A stretch of DNA of 64,000 bases from Octopus sinensis (Eukaryota). The translations under genes were made by a program, and so were the position numbers. The notes under the pieces are model-generated. The model saw only the letters and a list, made by a program, of their open reading frames with translations. It was not told where the DNA came from and made no database searches. Location: contig NC_043011.1 of NCBI RefSeq assembly GCF_006345805.1, forward strand, positions 56,866,464 to 56,930,463, given 5' to 3'. Positions 50,539-64,000 of the stretch are shown here, in pieces; the first letter of the stretch is position 1; every line of letters begins with the position of its first letter.

Positions 50539-51360
50539 ATAGGTTTGGTTGAGTGGGAATGAAAAGGGTTTGCTTTTTAAATTGCAGGATTTATTTCAGA
50601 CTTTTCTCATGAGTTTATGTCTTGAAACTAAGGAAATAAAATGACAAATTTTGTAGAGTGGACTTTTATTGAGACAAGCATTGCATGTATTTGCTGTAGA
50701 CAAATGGACAAGAAGACGATCGAACTGGTAATTGGAGGAAATGGAGACTATTGACATGCTATTACAATGTTTGAATGTGTATGTAATTATGTGTGTGTAA
50801 GCAGAAGGAAACACTAAATGTGTAGGAAAATAGCTTGAGCGTAGGAAGGTGAAAAGTATCTAGAAATAGAGAAGGGTGTTTTGAGACAATGATTTCAAGA
50901 AGGTAGCAGATAAAATGGGAGAGAAAAAGGGGGTGGGGGCTTAGTAATGACAAATCATGCACTTTTTTGGGGTTTTTTTTTTTTGTTTTGTTTCTTTCAA
51001 TCTACTTTGCACTGCATTAGCTGCACCACTGATACCATGTGGTGGTAAAACCCAAAATCTAGAATCTGTTTTTATTTCTCTTCAGCTCAGACGAAGGGCT
51101 AGGGCCTGAAGCTTTTAGATTCTGTGCTTCTCGTGTCACTTGCAATTATTGGATTCTTCTACATACTAGCCACATGGGTATAAGTTCAAAGTGTTCCTGA
51201 TGCTGCTACCACTGCACTGCAACTAGTATTACTACCGCTACACTACTACTACTACCACCACCACCACCACCATCACCACTTCAACCACACCTGTCACTGT
51301 TATTGTGTATTGCTCAACATGGAAAATAACATTGCTTTCATGCATTTTCCTGAACATATA

Positions 51361-51395
<35 letters not shown>

Positions 51396-51594
51396 GTACA
51401 AATGGCATTTAAAATTTACTGCAGCTGTTTCAGTAGAATTTTATTTAATGCGCTCATAAAAGATTACATCATAATATACAATCCACCATTATTGGGTAAA
51501 ATATCAAACTGTAAGATGCTATCATACCTAGCCATTTCTGGTGTCCTATTAGTTGATAGGCCTTGATTCTTATGATTCCTCATAACAAAATTAG

Positions 51595-51606
51595 ATTGAT
51601 AGATAG

Positions 51607-51637
<31 letters not shown>

Positions 51638-51867
51638 GATAGATATGTTCCTTTATTAGCCACACAGGGCTGGACACAGAGGGGACAAATTACAAAGTAG
51701 AGCTTTTCTTTTTGATGAGAAAAAGAAAAGATAAAGAGATAGATAGATAGATAGAAAGACAGACAGACAGATTGATAAAGAGATAGATAGATAGATAAAT
51801 AGTAGAAAGAGATAGATAGACAGACAGACAGACAGATAGATAAAGAGATAGATAGATAGATATATAG

Positions 51868-51917
<50 letters not shown>
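51595..51917. repeat. (GATA)n/(GACA)n/(CA)n microsatellite with an embedded inverted SINE tail fragment
   Basis: Read directly. About 51646-51695 is reverse-complement similar to the tail at about 50495-50540. Confidence 0.85.
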
Positions 51918-51919
<2 letters not shown>

Positions 51920-52544
51920 CTATAAAAGAATCACGAGTTTGACAAGTTCAAATGCCTCCACCAAATATTAAAAGAAAAAACTGTTACATATTCATTATTG
52001 CCTCAGTTCATCTGACCAAAAATTATAAAAACAAAATTTTCTCTTAACGTATCTTGTCCTCATTTTCTATGATAGATATTTAATACAAAACTAAAAGAAA
52101 GAAAGAAAGAAAAATAAGAGAATAGATTATTTCAGGTTGGACCTATTAAATCCTACAACCCTGGGACCTGGTAATTGCAGGTCCATGGTAAAATAATGCC
52201 AGAAAATATAAACTGTTCCTCTAATGGGAGAACTCCCAACCCCTTGTGAACATAGTTTTGAAATATCATTTCACATAATCATTGATGTCTTATCAAAATT
52301 AAAACAAAGCAAAAAACAGTAAAATAATACATCTAATAATGTTTCCAAAGGTTTTTCATGATTCTGTGTTTGCCTTTGATGGCGGGATGAATTAGAAAGA
52401 ATCATCCAACCAATCAGAGGACTGTGGCATGCTCTGTTGTTTCAAATGGTTGCCCAACCCAACAAATCCTCTCAAACTGTCCACAATCTTCCAAATTGTC
52501 GGATCTGTCAAATAGTCCACAGTCCTGCAACATAACAGAACCGG

Positions 52545-53968
52545 TCAAACTGTCCTCCAACTCACCACAGCCAGTCAAATTGTCCACAGTCCTCCAACTC
52601 AGTACAGCCAGTCAAATTGTCCACAGTCCTCCAACTCACCACAGCCAGTCAAATTGTCCACAGTCCTCCAACTCACCACAGCCAGTCAAATTGTCCACAG
52701 TCCTCCAACTCACCACAGCCAGTCAAATTGTCCACAATCCTCCAACTCATCACAGTCAGTCAAATTGTCCACAGTCCTCCAACTCATCACAGTCAGTCAA
52801 ATTGTCCACAGTCCTCCAACTCACCACAGCCAGTCAAATTGTCCACAGTTCTCCAACTCAGTACAACCAGTCAAATTGTCCACAGTCCTCCAACTCACCA
52901 CAGCCAGTCAAATTGTCCACAGTCCTCCAACTCATCACAGCCAGTCAAATTGTCCACAGTCCTCCAACTCATCACAGCCAGTCAAATTGTCCACAGCCCT
53001 CCAATTCATCACAGCCAGTCAAATTTTCCACAGTCCTCCAACTCACCACAGCCAGTCAAAATTGTCCACAGTCCTCCAACTCACCACAGCCAGTGAAATT
53101 TTCCACAGTCCTCCAACTCACCACAGCCAGTCAAATTTTCCACAGTCCTCCAACTCACCACAGCCAGTCAAATTGTCCACATTCCTCCAACTCATCACAG
53201 CCAGTTAAATTGTCCACAGTCCTCCAACTCATCACAGCCAGTCAAATTGTCCACAGTCCTCCAACTCATCACAGCCAGTCAAATTGTCCAGTATCCAACT
53301 CACCACAGCCAGTCAAATTGTCCACAGTCCTCCAACTCACCACAGCAGTCAAATTGTCCACAGTCCTCCAACTCACCACAGCCAGTCAAATTGTCCACAG
53401 TCCTCCAACTCACCACAGCCAGTCAAATTATCCACAGTCCTCCAACTCACCACAGCCAGTCAAATTGTCCAGTCCTCCAACTCACCACAGCCAGTCAAAT
53501 TGTACACAGTCCTCCAACTCACCACAGCCAGTCAAATTGTTCAGTCCTCCAACTCACCACAGCCAGTCAAATTGTCCAGTCCTCCAACTCGCCACAGCCA
53601 GTCAAATTGTCCACAGTCCTCCAACTCACCACAGCCAGTCAAATTGTCCACATTCCTCCAACTCACCACAGCCAGTCAAATTGTCCAGTCCTCCAACTCG
53701 CCACAGCCAGTCAAATTGTCCACAGTCCTCCAACTCACCACAGCCAGTCAAATTGTCCACATTCCTCCAACTCACCACAGCCAGTCTAATTGTCCAGTCC
53801 TCCAACTCACCACAGCCAGTCTAATTGTCCAGTCCTCCAACTCACCACAGCCAGTCAAATTGTCCAGTCCTCCAACTCACCATAGCCAGTCAAATTGTCC
53901 ACAGTCCTCCAGCACACCACAGCCAGTCAAATTGTCCACAGTCCTCCAACTGAACAGAGTCTGTCAAA
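52545..53968. repeat. 37-bp minisatellite (about 38 units)
   Basis: Consensus GTCAAATTGTCCACAGTCCTCCAACTCACCACAGCCA. 35-bp variants occur in the 3' half and degenerate units at both edges. Confidence 0.97.
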
Positions 53969-54465
53969 TCACTCATTTAATATAAAGCCTTAAGCCAAAA
54001 ATCTAAAACATGCCAGGCCATGGGGTTTGTTGAACCATGGAGCACTGGATTTAAGAGGTTAAAACCTGAACTGATGTTTTGTTACTAAAGGTTAGACTTA
54101 ATTTAGGGATTGTGTTGTATGTGAATAGATGTGGGACTTATTTATATCTTATGTCTAATATTGTAATTGATGAACAGTATTGTCTTTGGTTTACTGGTTT
54201 ACAATGGACTCAAGCACTGCTTCAATGCATTTCTGATGGGTGACTCAAACAAGGGATTGTCTCTGCCAACTCAGCAGGAAACTAATAACACACAGTTTTT
54301 CTTTGTTATATTTTATTTCAAAATATTGGCTTTTGGTGTTTTTTTTTATCAATATGCATCATTAAGAAATGTACACACATGCACGTGTGTGTGTGTATAT
54401 ATATATATACATGTACATGTGTAGAAAGATATGTATACATAGATACATACAAACATATATATATT

Positions 54466-54512
<47 letters not shown>

Positions 54513-55368
54513 TGTGCGCATGCATGCACACACATGTGCAAAGGGCTTCATGGTTGAATGGTTAGGGAGTGATAAGGAAAAGCATGAAAGCTGTAAAATC
54601 AATTGCTGGCTTGTAAACAGTTAAAACAAACAAATAAGTCAAAATATTCCATCATCATCAAAATCATCATCACTGCCATCATCATCAACACCATCACCAT
54701 CACCACCATCATCATCAACACCATCATCATCATCATCATCTATGCTGTCCAAAGTAAAGTGAAATGTAAAACAATTGGAGAGAAAAAAAAACCCCAAAAA
54801 AGTTTTTAAAATATAATAAAAAGCAGAAACAAATCACAAGTTCCTTTCTTGGTTTGGTTTTGTTCACTTCAGTTCCGTTCTGTCAGTTTTTACTCTATTC
54901 CATTGCAACAAGAACATTTTGTCTTTTACCTTTTTTTTTGACTCCTTTTTATGTATTGTTTTTTTTTTTTTAAAAACTGTTGAGGTTTGTCTTTTTCTTT
55001 TTCTTTATCCCTTTCTGGGGTTAGTTCTGGTGCTTAGCGGACTGGTACAGTTAAGGGTTAAAGGTTGGAGTTGAGGTTATGAGAAGAAGAAGAAAACGAA
55101 AAAAAAAAAAAATCAGTTTTGTTTTTGTTTTCCATTTTTTTAATTACTTTTCTTTATTTGTTTATTATTTATTATTTCTTTTCTTTCTTTTTTTTTTAAT
55201 ATTTAAGAAGCCAAAATGTCGGAGATGATAAAAATGGTTTCACCCAAACACTTGCAAAAAACTAATACTTATGTACATACATATGTATGTACCTATGTAT
55301 GTGTGTGTGGTGTGTATGAATATATATATGTATGTATAAATATCTGTATGTATGCTTGTGTGTGTGTG

Positions 55369-55412
<44 letters not shown>

Positions 55413-55420
55413 GTGTAGTA

Positions 55421-55460
<40 letters not shown>

Positions 55461-55518
55461 AAGGTGTGTAGTATGTGTGTGTGTGTGTACATGTATGTAT
55501 AAATATTTATATGCTTGC

Positions 55519-55551
<33 letters not shown>

Positions 55552-57383
55552 GTGTGTGTGTGTGTGTGTGTGTATGTATGTGTATATATATATATGTGTG
55601 TGTTTATAAATATCTGTTATATATATATATTTCTGTGGGACATAAATTGAAAATACCAATTTCCTTTGGGGTTTTTTATTTTCAACAAAATGTACAAAAA
55701 TATTTGCAATCTCTCTTCTTATTAACCCTCGTCCCCCACCCACCATCTTTTCCTCCTCCAGAAACAAGCTATTGAAACAGAGAAAATTAAAAGAACGAAT
55801 TTGTCAGTTGGGAGTTTGGGGTCACTTTTGACAGTGAGGTGTAGAATGACCCCTTCTTCTTCCCTGCAACCGTTAATACTAAGAATAAATATTCCCAGAC
55901 TTCTACAGGACTGTGTGTACTTTTTAGTCCTAACGTATGCTTCTTTCTTATGCTTTGAGTTTCCATTATTGGACTGTGGCCAGGCTGGGGCACTACTGCT
56001 TCCAACAGCTTTGGGTCAATCATATCAACTTTGGTTTCATATTTATTATGTCAAACACTGTTTGTTAAACTGCTAGGTTGTTTTGGTATCTTTTAAATAT
56101 TTCTATGGCTGTGTGGTTAAGCAGTTTGCTTTGCAGTTGCAGGGTTTCTAGTTCTGTCCTACTGTGACACCTTCGTCAAGTGTCTTCTACTATGGCCCTG
56201 GACTGACCAATGATTGTGAGTGGATGTGGTAGGCAGAAACTGTGTGGAAGCCCATATTGTGTGTGTTTCTGTCTGTGTTTATGCTCTCATAAATTAGCAG
56301 TTTGCATAAAGAGATTGATAAAATAAGCATCAGATTTTTAAAAAAGAAGTACTGAGGTTGAGTTGTTCAGCTAAAATTCTTCAAAGCGGTGCCCCAGCAT
56401 GGCCTCAGTCTAATGACCGAAACCAGTAAAAGAGAGAGAGTGGGGGATATTGAGTTGTTGATAATAGTTCACTAGAGTGGACTCAACTTTATTAATCTTT
56501 GAATTTTTAATTAAAACCAATAAATGAGAAAAATTGTCTGTTGACAGAAATAAACTAGAAAAATCGAGATTTAAAGACATCGGTTTTAAAACTCATTTTT
56601 TTTCTTTCATCTTTATTAGTAAATAACGAGGCAAATTATGACAAAGGTTGCTAAGAACTATAGAGTACAGGCCTGTGTTCTTTACAGTATTTAGATCTCT
56701 CCAAGAGGAACAGCAGCACCGTTTATTGGTAAATAGACTGGTATCTTATCCTGAAAGAAATTCAACTCATTTTTTCTTTTTTTCCTTTTTTTTTTGGTTT
56801 TTTTTTTTTGTGCCATAAAAACCAGAACTGAAGTACTGGGAGTTATTACTCTCTTGAGACTATCGGAAACATCTCTATTCTGTATTTTAGTATTTGTTGT
56901 GAGAGGAAAACTTTAAGGATAAATTCGAACATTATAGAGTTGGTTATGAAACCATAGAAGAAATGAGACGAAAGATAAAATGTAGCAATGTTTAAGAATC
57001 ACTTCATAACCAGACAAGTATGGAGAAAACTAATGTTCATAAAATGTTAATGATGGTAACAATGTGTTGAGTAGCGTTTTAATGGCTGTTTAGTTGAAAT
57101 ATCTTGTGTGTGTGTGTGTGTGTGTAACTATAGAAATGTAGCTAATAAACTCAGACGCATTCAATAATGATAAGAATGATAATGATAATGGTGATAATAG
57201 TTTCAAATTTTGGCACAAGGCCAGCAAGTTCAAGGAAGGGGTAAGTTGATTACATCGACCCCCAGTATTCAACAGGTATTTATTTTTTACGATCCTGAAA
57301 GAATGAAAGGCCAAGTAGACTTCTGTGGAATTTAAATGATAATAATAATTTACCTTTGTGAAGAGTCACGTCAATCTTTTAAA

Positions 57384-57417
<34 letters not shown>

Positions 57418-57554
57418 CATGCTAATATTTGTGATATATTACCATAAATGATTTTATGTTTTAGTTTTTTTTTTAATGTAATGAAAAAGTTTTACTAAAA
57501 ATTTTGAAGTGTTATTGGAATACCTATAATTGTGGATGTGTAAATAACAGGCTG

Positions 57555-57587
<33 letters not shown>

Positions 57588-57717
57588 GACATAAAATCTT
57601 GAAAATCTTTAAGTGAGACTAAGTATTGCAGCAAAAACTCAAATTTTTTTGGCATAAGTGACTGGTTCTAGCCATTTCTTTGCATTTTGTTGTCTCTGCT
57701 ACTATTTGTTACGTTAA

Positions 57718-57899
57718 CCCTTTCATTATCAACCTGGCTGAAACCAGCTGAATTAAAATCTTCCATCAAACCTTATTCACAATTTATGTTCCTAACACTA
57801 GCTGAATGATAACCAAGTTATTTTACTAAATTCTTTGTTATATTTAAAGTAATTGAAAGAAACACAAAGCATCACAACAGAAATACAGTAACGAAAGGG
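57718..57899. mobile_element. piggyBac-like MITE, inverted and internally deleted relative of 47446-47666
   Basis: TTAA|CCCTTTC ... GAAAGGG|TTAA. The interior is the reverse complement of the 47.4-kb copy and about 39 bp shorter. Confidence 0.85.
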
Positions 57900-60800
57900 T
57901 TAAATCCTTCACCAAACATAACATTACAGTCCTCCTTTCTAAGACTACAGCTCCGAGACTGTGCCTCTCTTGTTACTTCCATCCAATTCTTTAATTCCAC
58001 TCCAGACATTACATCACCGACACTCCATTCTTTACAATAACCATAGACTTCTCTTTACTTTTCACCCACAATCCCCTTAGACACTAGACTACAAGGCATT
58101 CTTTTCCAGTGATTCTTTGGCTGCAGGTCACGAAAGTTGTTGCTTAGGAAAACAAGATTTTCTGATAGACATAAGAGGAAGGAATGAACTGAAATGGTCT
58201 CAGCCGAGCATTAAAAGAGGGTCAGAGATTTAGCATACCAGTAATTCATCTCTTACTCTGTTGTTCTCACTGGATGTCAGTATTCTCTATCGACCCATAC
58301 TGCACAGGAGCCAAAATTTGTTTGGTTCCAGCAGGGGCACATGAGACATAGGAACCAAGTTATCTGATTTCTGATTGTGGAGTATTTTCTGTAATTCTCC
58401 ACATTTCTTATGATAATGTATTCACATTTTATTTTTACTGACCAATAGAAAGAGAATGTGAGAACTAATTTGCATATGATTAACATATGACATCACCAGC
58501 AAAAAATTTCATCAACACTGTGAGTTTGTTGACATCCAAAGCAGTGGGTCAGCAGAGTGATAGTATTATCTTCTGGTATATTCTGAGTTCAAATCCCACT
58601 CAGGGCAGCTGTTCCCCAAATTTGTTTATCCTTCTATCTAAGTTAGATATTTATACAAATTTTATGCAAGCCAACCTGTTAGAAATAGCAGCTAAATTCA
58701 CTTTCAAATCACACCTTGCCATAAAAAAGAGGTAAGAATCCTCATGTAATGCAGTTCAGGCCAGGTGTAGGGGGTGCATTCATGGGTCCTTCCGGGTGGA
58801 GTAGAGTTGAGCAGAGTCCCAGTTGGTCCCCATCTGCCAAAACCATGTGGCATAGACCCTGTTAGATACATGTCTGAAAATAAAACAAGAATGGTTACAG
58901 CTGGAATGCTTCTGACCCTGTTCCTGTTGGTCCAAGACTTATCTGTAGCTAATCATCAACCAATGTATTAAATGCATCAATCTCACTCGTCACTCTTCGT
59001 TATTCACTATTGAAATCATTGAAGACTTTCTCCCTCCTTCCCAGGAACCGATGCAGGATTTATATGAAAAGGAAGAAGACGACCAATTCAATTGATGTCA
59101 CCGTCTTTTTTCCTTTCCTTCCTTTCTTTGTACTGTGGAGCATGTGATTAGAAAGAGTTGCAAGATGGATCCTTCCAGATGGGCCAACTGGTAGGAGACC
59201 TTGGGGAGGGTGGGTGGGTAGAGCACAAGTGAGATGGCTGGATTCTATCCATAATCTCAGTTGGTCACGCTTGAGCATCCACCTGGAAAGTCTTCTGATA
59301 GGACCCTATGGAAGAGATGTCTGAGGACCCTTCCCCCCCACCCCCAACCCACCCTCCCAGGAATAATGGGCAGAGAAGATGACTGACTGGATGGATGGAT
59401 GTTGTTTTTTTTTTTGACTAATTTTGCCAATCTAGTTCAAATCTCTACTGATCCATTTTGTCAAGGTAAATCAGCCCACACACACTCTCATCCACATGAC
59501 AACAAGGAGTCAAACTCTCAGACCCAAAATCTTATCTTGCTGTTGAATCATTGGCAAACCCCTTCCCCATCTCCTCCCTCACCTTTTGCTTTTCTACTTG
59601 AGTGAAACCATTATGACTAATGACTAAAATACATATACTAAAATATTAGCTCCAGTTCTTAACCCTGCAGCTATGAGTGGGTTTACTCTCCAAGAATTTT
59701 ACTCTAGCGCCACTATTAACCAACTATTTCACACCTAATGATGCTCATTTTCCTTCTCTTCTTTCTATATATTTCCATTTTCTATTTCAAGAACAATTTA
59801 AGATATTTTGGTATTCTCTGACTCAGTTTCATATTTGTTTATAAAGAGACCAAATACCTTCTTTTAGTACTATTGCTATTTACTATTATTATTATTATTA
59901 TTATTGTTGTTGTTGTTGTCGTTGTTGTTTGTATTATTAAATATTAATATTGTTGTTAGCAACCTCAACAAAACAAAAAGCAAAAACAACAATAATAATA
60001 ATGATAATAATAAACTATGTATTTCATATTTGTGTTTCTCTCCTTAGGGTTTTCGTTGGTGTATCTTTTTTCCTTAAGTAGAGATTAAGGAAGGCAGCTC
60101 GTTAGTTAATTTGTTTTTTGTTTTTTTTGGGGGGAAATGTCATTATTGTGAAAGTTGAAGTGTCGCTAAATAAGATAACAGATATTTTAGCTGTGTTCTG
60201 GAGAAATGTAAGAAATAAAATAATTGAGATTGAGAAAAAATCTTCTCTAACTACATATGTATGTGTGTATGTAGTGTTTATATGTGTGTAGGTATATATG
60301 CCTGAGTACACAAATATACATATGTACATAAAAATATATATATATATATGTATAAATATATTTAAGTGTGTGTGTGTATGTATGTGCATATGTATGTATT
60401 TATGTATGCTAGAGTGAAACAAGAATATCATGAGATAAGTTTTGTTTACATGTGTCTTGTTGTTTTGTTGATGTTTTTTTTTTACCCTTTTTTTCTTTTC
60501 TTTGTTCTAGATTATTTTCTGAGACAGTTTTTTCACCATATAGGTCATTCCTCTCTCTTGCTTACTGTTGCTATTTCAGTTGCTATTGTTGTAACATAAA
60601 TGCTTCCAGGCACCGTAAGTGACTCATAAAAAAGCCATCGGTTGCCCCCCACCCCACCCCACTCTGCCCCGCCCCTCGTCTGACTTCATGGCATTAATGT
60701 TTTGTGACAAATATCTTTTATTACCTCCCAGAGAGGAATGTCTATCTATCTCCCAGGTAACGAAAATCTTACTGAATTATATAATAAACAGATCTGTTAC

Positions 60801-60932
60801 CTATTTTCAACGGCTGGCTATAAACGTGCTGACTTAAAGGCATCACAGCAGAATCTGGCAGAAGACTCAAATGCGTGACAAAAAGACAAGAAATACATAC
60901 GAACACACACACACATACACATGTATTTATAT

Positions 60933-61265
60933 ATCATCATCATCGTCATCATCATCGTTTAGTGTCCGCTTTCCATGCTAGCATGGGTTGGGCGGTTCAA
61001 CTGGGGTCTGAGAAGCCAGAAGGCTGCACCAGGCCCAGTCTGATCTGGCAATGTTTCTACAGCTGGATGCCCTTCCTAACGCCAACCACTCCGTGAGTGT
61101 AGTGGGTACTTTTTACGTGCCACCAGCACAGGTGCCAGACGAGGCTGGCACACAGCCACGATCAGATGGTGCTTTTTACGTGTCACCGGCACGGGGGCCA
61201 GGCGAGGCTGGCAACGGCCATGAACAGATGGTGCTTTTTACGTGCCACTGGTACTAGGCCAGTCA
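60933..61265 (-). mobile_element. (GAT)n-tailed retroelement segment, same family as the 483-bp unit
   Basis: Reverse-complement homology to 31230-31605, including the internal sub-repeats. Confidence 0.85.
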
Positions 61266-61559
61266 TATATATATATATACATATGTGTGTATATATATAT
61301 ATATATAAAATGCAGTGGATGCCATGGATTTGAACTCATGTCCCTTTGAGTCAGTAGCTTGAAACCCATTATCCATTCAGTATTTCTCTGTCACTGCTGA
61401 TATTATTTTGAAACTAAGCAGCTACATTAGATTCCAGTGTGTGCGTGTGCTTCTATGTGTGTGTGTGCGCCTCTGTGTGTTGTGTGCCTGTATGCTCCTG
61501 CATGTGTCTGTATGCCTCTGTGTGTGTGTGTGTGTGTTTTGCAAATATAGCTTTTACCT

Positions 61560-62285
61560 TTTATCGTTTGACACTTGTCCCAGTCGTTGGACTGAGGCCA
61601 TGCTGGGGCACTGCCTTAACTCGTCAACATTTAAACCAGCGATGTCAGGTCCAGATATTCTACCTGTTCTATGTTCAGACTGTCTGGATTCAGCCTCTCA
61701 CACCTACCCTACAATGCTGGTTGAAAGATGTTCAGTCACACCATCCAAAGCTCAAAGTTATGAGATTAGGGTTAGGGTTAATCCAAACCAATCCGAAGAA
61801 ATAAGCATTGCATTTGACCCAGGATTCTGGCAGTTAGAGGATTAATGGGCTTTTAGATGAACAGATTTGCTGCAGTGCTTATTTCTTTAAAGTCTGGTAC
61901 TTATCTTATCAGTCTATTCTGTCGAACCTCTAAGTTATGGGGATGTAAACAAACTAACACCAGTTGCCAAGTGGTGTGTTGGAGACAAACAACCACAAAG
62001 ATATGCACACACACACACACATATATCATCATCATCATCATCACCATGGATGTCATTATCATTATCATTATCATCATCATCATCTTCTTCTTCATGTTTA
62101 ATGTACCTTTTTCCATGCTGGCATGATGGACTTCCACACAGTTTCTGTCTACCAAATTCACTCACATGGCATTGCTCAGCCCTGAGCTATAGTAGAAGAC
62201 ATTTGCCCAAGGTGTCACACAGCAGGACTGAACCCGAAACCATGTGGTTGAAAAGCAAGCATGTTAATCACACAGCCATGCCTAC
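61560..62285 (-). mobile_element. Nested CORE-like SINE interrupted by MITE and (ATC)n-tail fragments
   Basis: SINE tail at about 61560-61620 and 61855-62010, head at about 62130-62285, and MITE fragment at about 61617-61760. Confidence 0.65.
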
Positions 62286-63212
62286 ACACACACACACACA
62301 CACATTATCTTTCATTATCTTTCATTATCTTTTGAGAAGTATGAAGAGTTTCCTTAGAGAGTCAACGGAATGGTATCCCTGACAAATGTTGTTTGTTATG
62401 AAGACAGAACATTAACAGTGAAGAAATCTTGACATTTTAATTCACGTTCATCCGCTGCCTTTCGTTTTTCTGGCAACAAACTTGACAAAGCCAGACACAG
62501 ACATCAGTGCTGCTGTCTCATTAAGTACCAAACCACACGGTACCTTGATTAACAGTCTGTGGAGTTTTCTCTGTCTAATGCTGAAGTTTACATTTACCTG
62601 GCTTCTGTCAATTAGTTAAATGGAGAAGAAACACTGTTATGATCTTTTTCATACAAGACAGACAGACAGACAGAGAGAGAGAGAGGAAGAGAATTCTTCC
62701 TTTTGGTTCTAAGTGTCTTTAAAGATGGATTAAGTCTCTCAGCTCGATTTGCGATGTGTGCTTTGTTTGTAAATTTTATTTTTTATGCTTTCATAAAGCA
62801 TTGTTAAATTTCTCTCTCTTCCAACTCCTCTTTCTCCTCCTCTTCCTTCTCCTCCTCCTCCTCCTCCTCCATCATCATCATCATCATGAAGCCCTCAAAG
62901 ATCTAAAAGAGCCTCTCAAATGACATTTCTCACTTTGTCCAATTGATGCTCACCCACGAAAGGTGACCATTATCCATTGTTGCTGCTGATGCCAGTGACG
63001 ACGACGACGATAATGATGATGATGGTGATGGTGGTGATGCTAGCGGTGGTGGTGATAGTGGCAGTGGTGGCGGCAATATTCTTGCAATAATAAATGTAAG
63101 ACAGATAAAGCCAAATCAAATCCGACAGAGATTATTGAGTAAAAATTTGGAAACGATAATGAAGTTTGTCTCAGATTTCACTTTATAGTTTTTAATTGAT
63201 CAGTTAGGTGTG

Positions 63213-63251
<39 letters not shown>

Positions 63252-63435
63252 ATGACTAGATATATCGTTTGTGTGTATTTATCTAGGTGATATTTGTATG
63301 AATATGTGTGATGTGTGTGTATGTATAAGTAAAACTGACTGAATTTCTGTGTAAATGTCTGAATGTATGAATTACTGTATGTCCATATATATATGTGCGT
63401 ATATATATATGTGTGTGTGTGTGTGTGTATATATA

Positions 63436-63485
<50 letters not shown>

Positions 63486-64000
63486 ACTGGATGTTTGTAT
63501 AGATGTGCATATGTATGCTTAAGTATGACTGACTGAATTCTCACATTTATATGTAAAATGACTGCGTGTATAAATGTATGTGTGTATATTTACCTTTATG
63601 AATCTGTAGTGTATTGCATGCGGTATATGTGAATGCTTGGATGCATATCTGTATGTGTCAATGCATGTATGCATGTGTCGGTATGTAGGTACAAATGCAT
63701 GCATGCATATTCGTATGCATTCGTGTATCTATGCATGTATGAATGTATGTCTGTGCAGCAGCTGCAGCCAAGAGCATCAACAATCCTCGTTAAATCTGAA
63801 ACTTGAGTTATCAAAACCATTCTAAAATATCACAAACTGTCACGTTTTCAAAGACATTAAAAGAATAATAAAAAAAAAAAAAAGAAAATTCTTCAGTCAT
63901 TTTTACTGTTTTATAATAAGTAATAATGATTTCTAACATAGGCAACAAGATCACAAATACTGTGTGGTGGTGTGTGGTGTGGGGGTAGGTAGAGGAATAA

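Noticed and set aside
50688-50780. Myb/SANT-like start RRRSNW*LEEMETIDMLLQ
   Set aside because: It is too short, contains a stop, and the rest of the domain is not evident.
52424-53824. 466-aa ORF (and overlapping 159-233-aa ORFs) as a real CDS
   Set aside because: It is produced entirely by a stop-free 37-bp unit cycling through frames. It has a GTG start and no in-frame ATG, and the indels are not frame-preserving.
52545-53968. CRISPR array (37-bp repeats)
   Set aside because: The repeats are contiguous with no unique spacers, there are no cas genes, and the context is eukaryotic.

Overview
This is an AT-rich eukaryotic window, intergenic or intronic, with no intact protein-coding gene, rRNA, tRNA or CRISPR array that I can support. 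The repeat content looks like a coleoid cephalopod (Octopus-like) genome, which is an inference from memory of the repeat families: dense (TA)n/(CA)n/(ATC)n/(ATT)n microsatellites, many tRNA-headed SINEs and (GAT)n-tailed RTE-like 3' ends. Nearly all ORFs in the supplied track are microsatellite or SINE artefacts. Well-supported structures are a 384-bp non-autonomous Helitron (39124-39507), several MITEs (TTAA/piggyBac-like, hAT-like, Tc1/mariner-like), a young SINE with a perfect 16-bp TSD, an exact 3 x 483-bp tandem amplification nested in a SINE, and a 37-bp minisatellite. The most interesting candidates are: (i) a 348-bp-period, terminally repeated unit with a degenerate type I hammerhead ribozyme fold (retrozyme-like, 25703-26105), plus other Penelope/hammerhead-like relics; (ii) a decayed, apparently intron-containing minus-strand gene relic (about 34.2-41.9 kb) with three phase-1 acceptors and a last segment resembling C5-DNA methyltransferase motifs IX-X; (iii) an ancient degenerate tandem array pairing a palindrome with Forkhead motifs (9.1-11.05 kb). 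Repeat boundaries are approximate unless TIR/TSD coordinates are given. No searches or folding programs were run.
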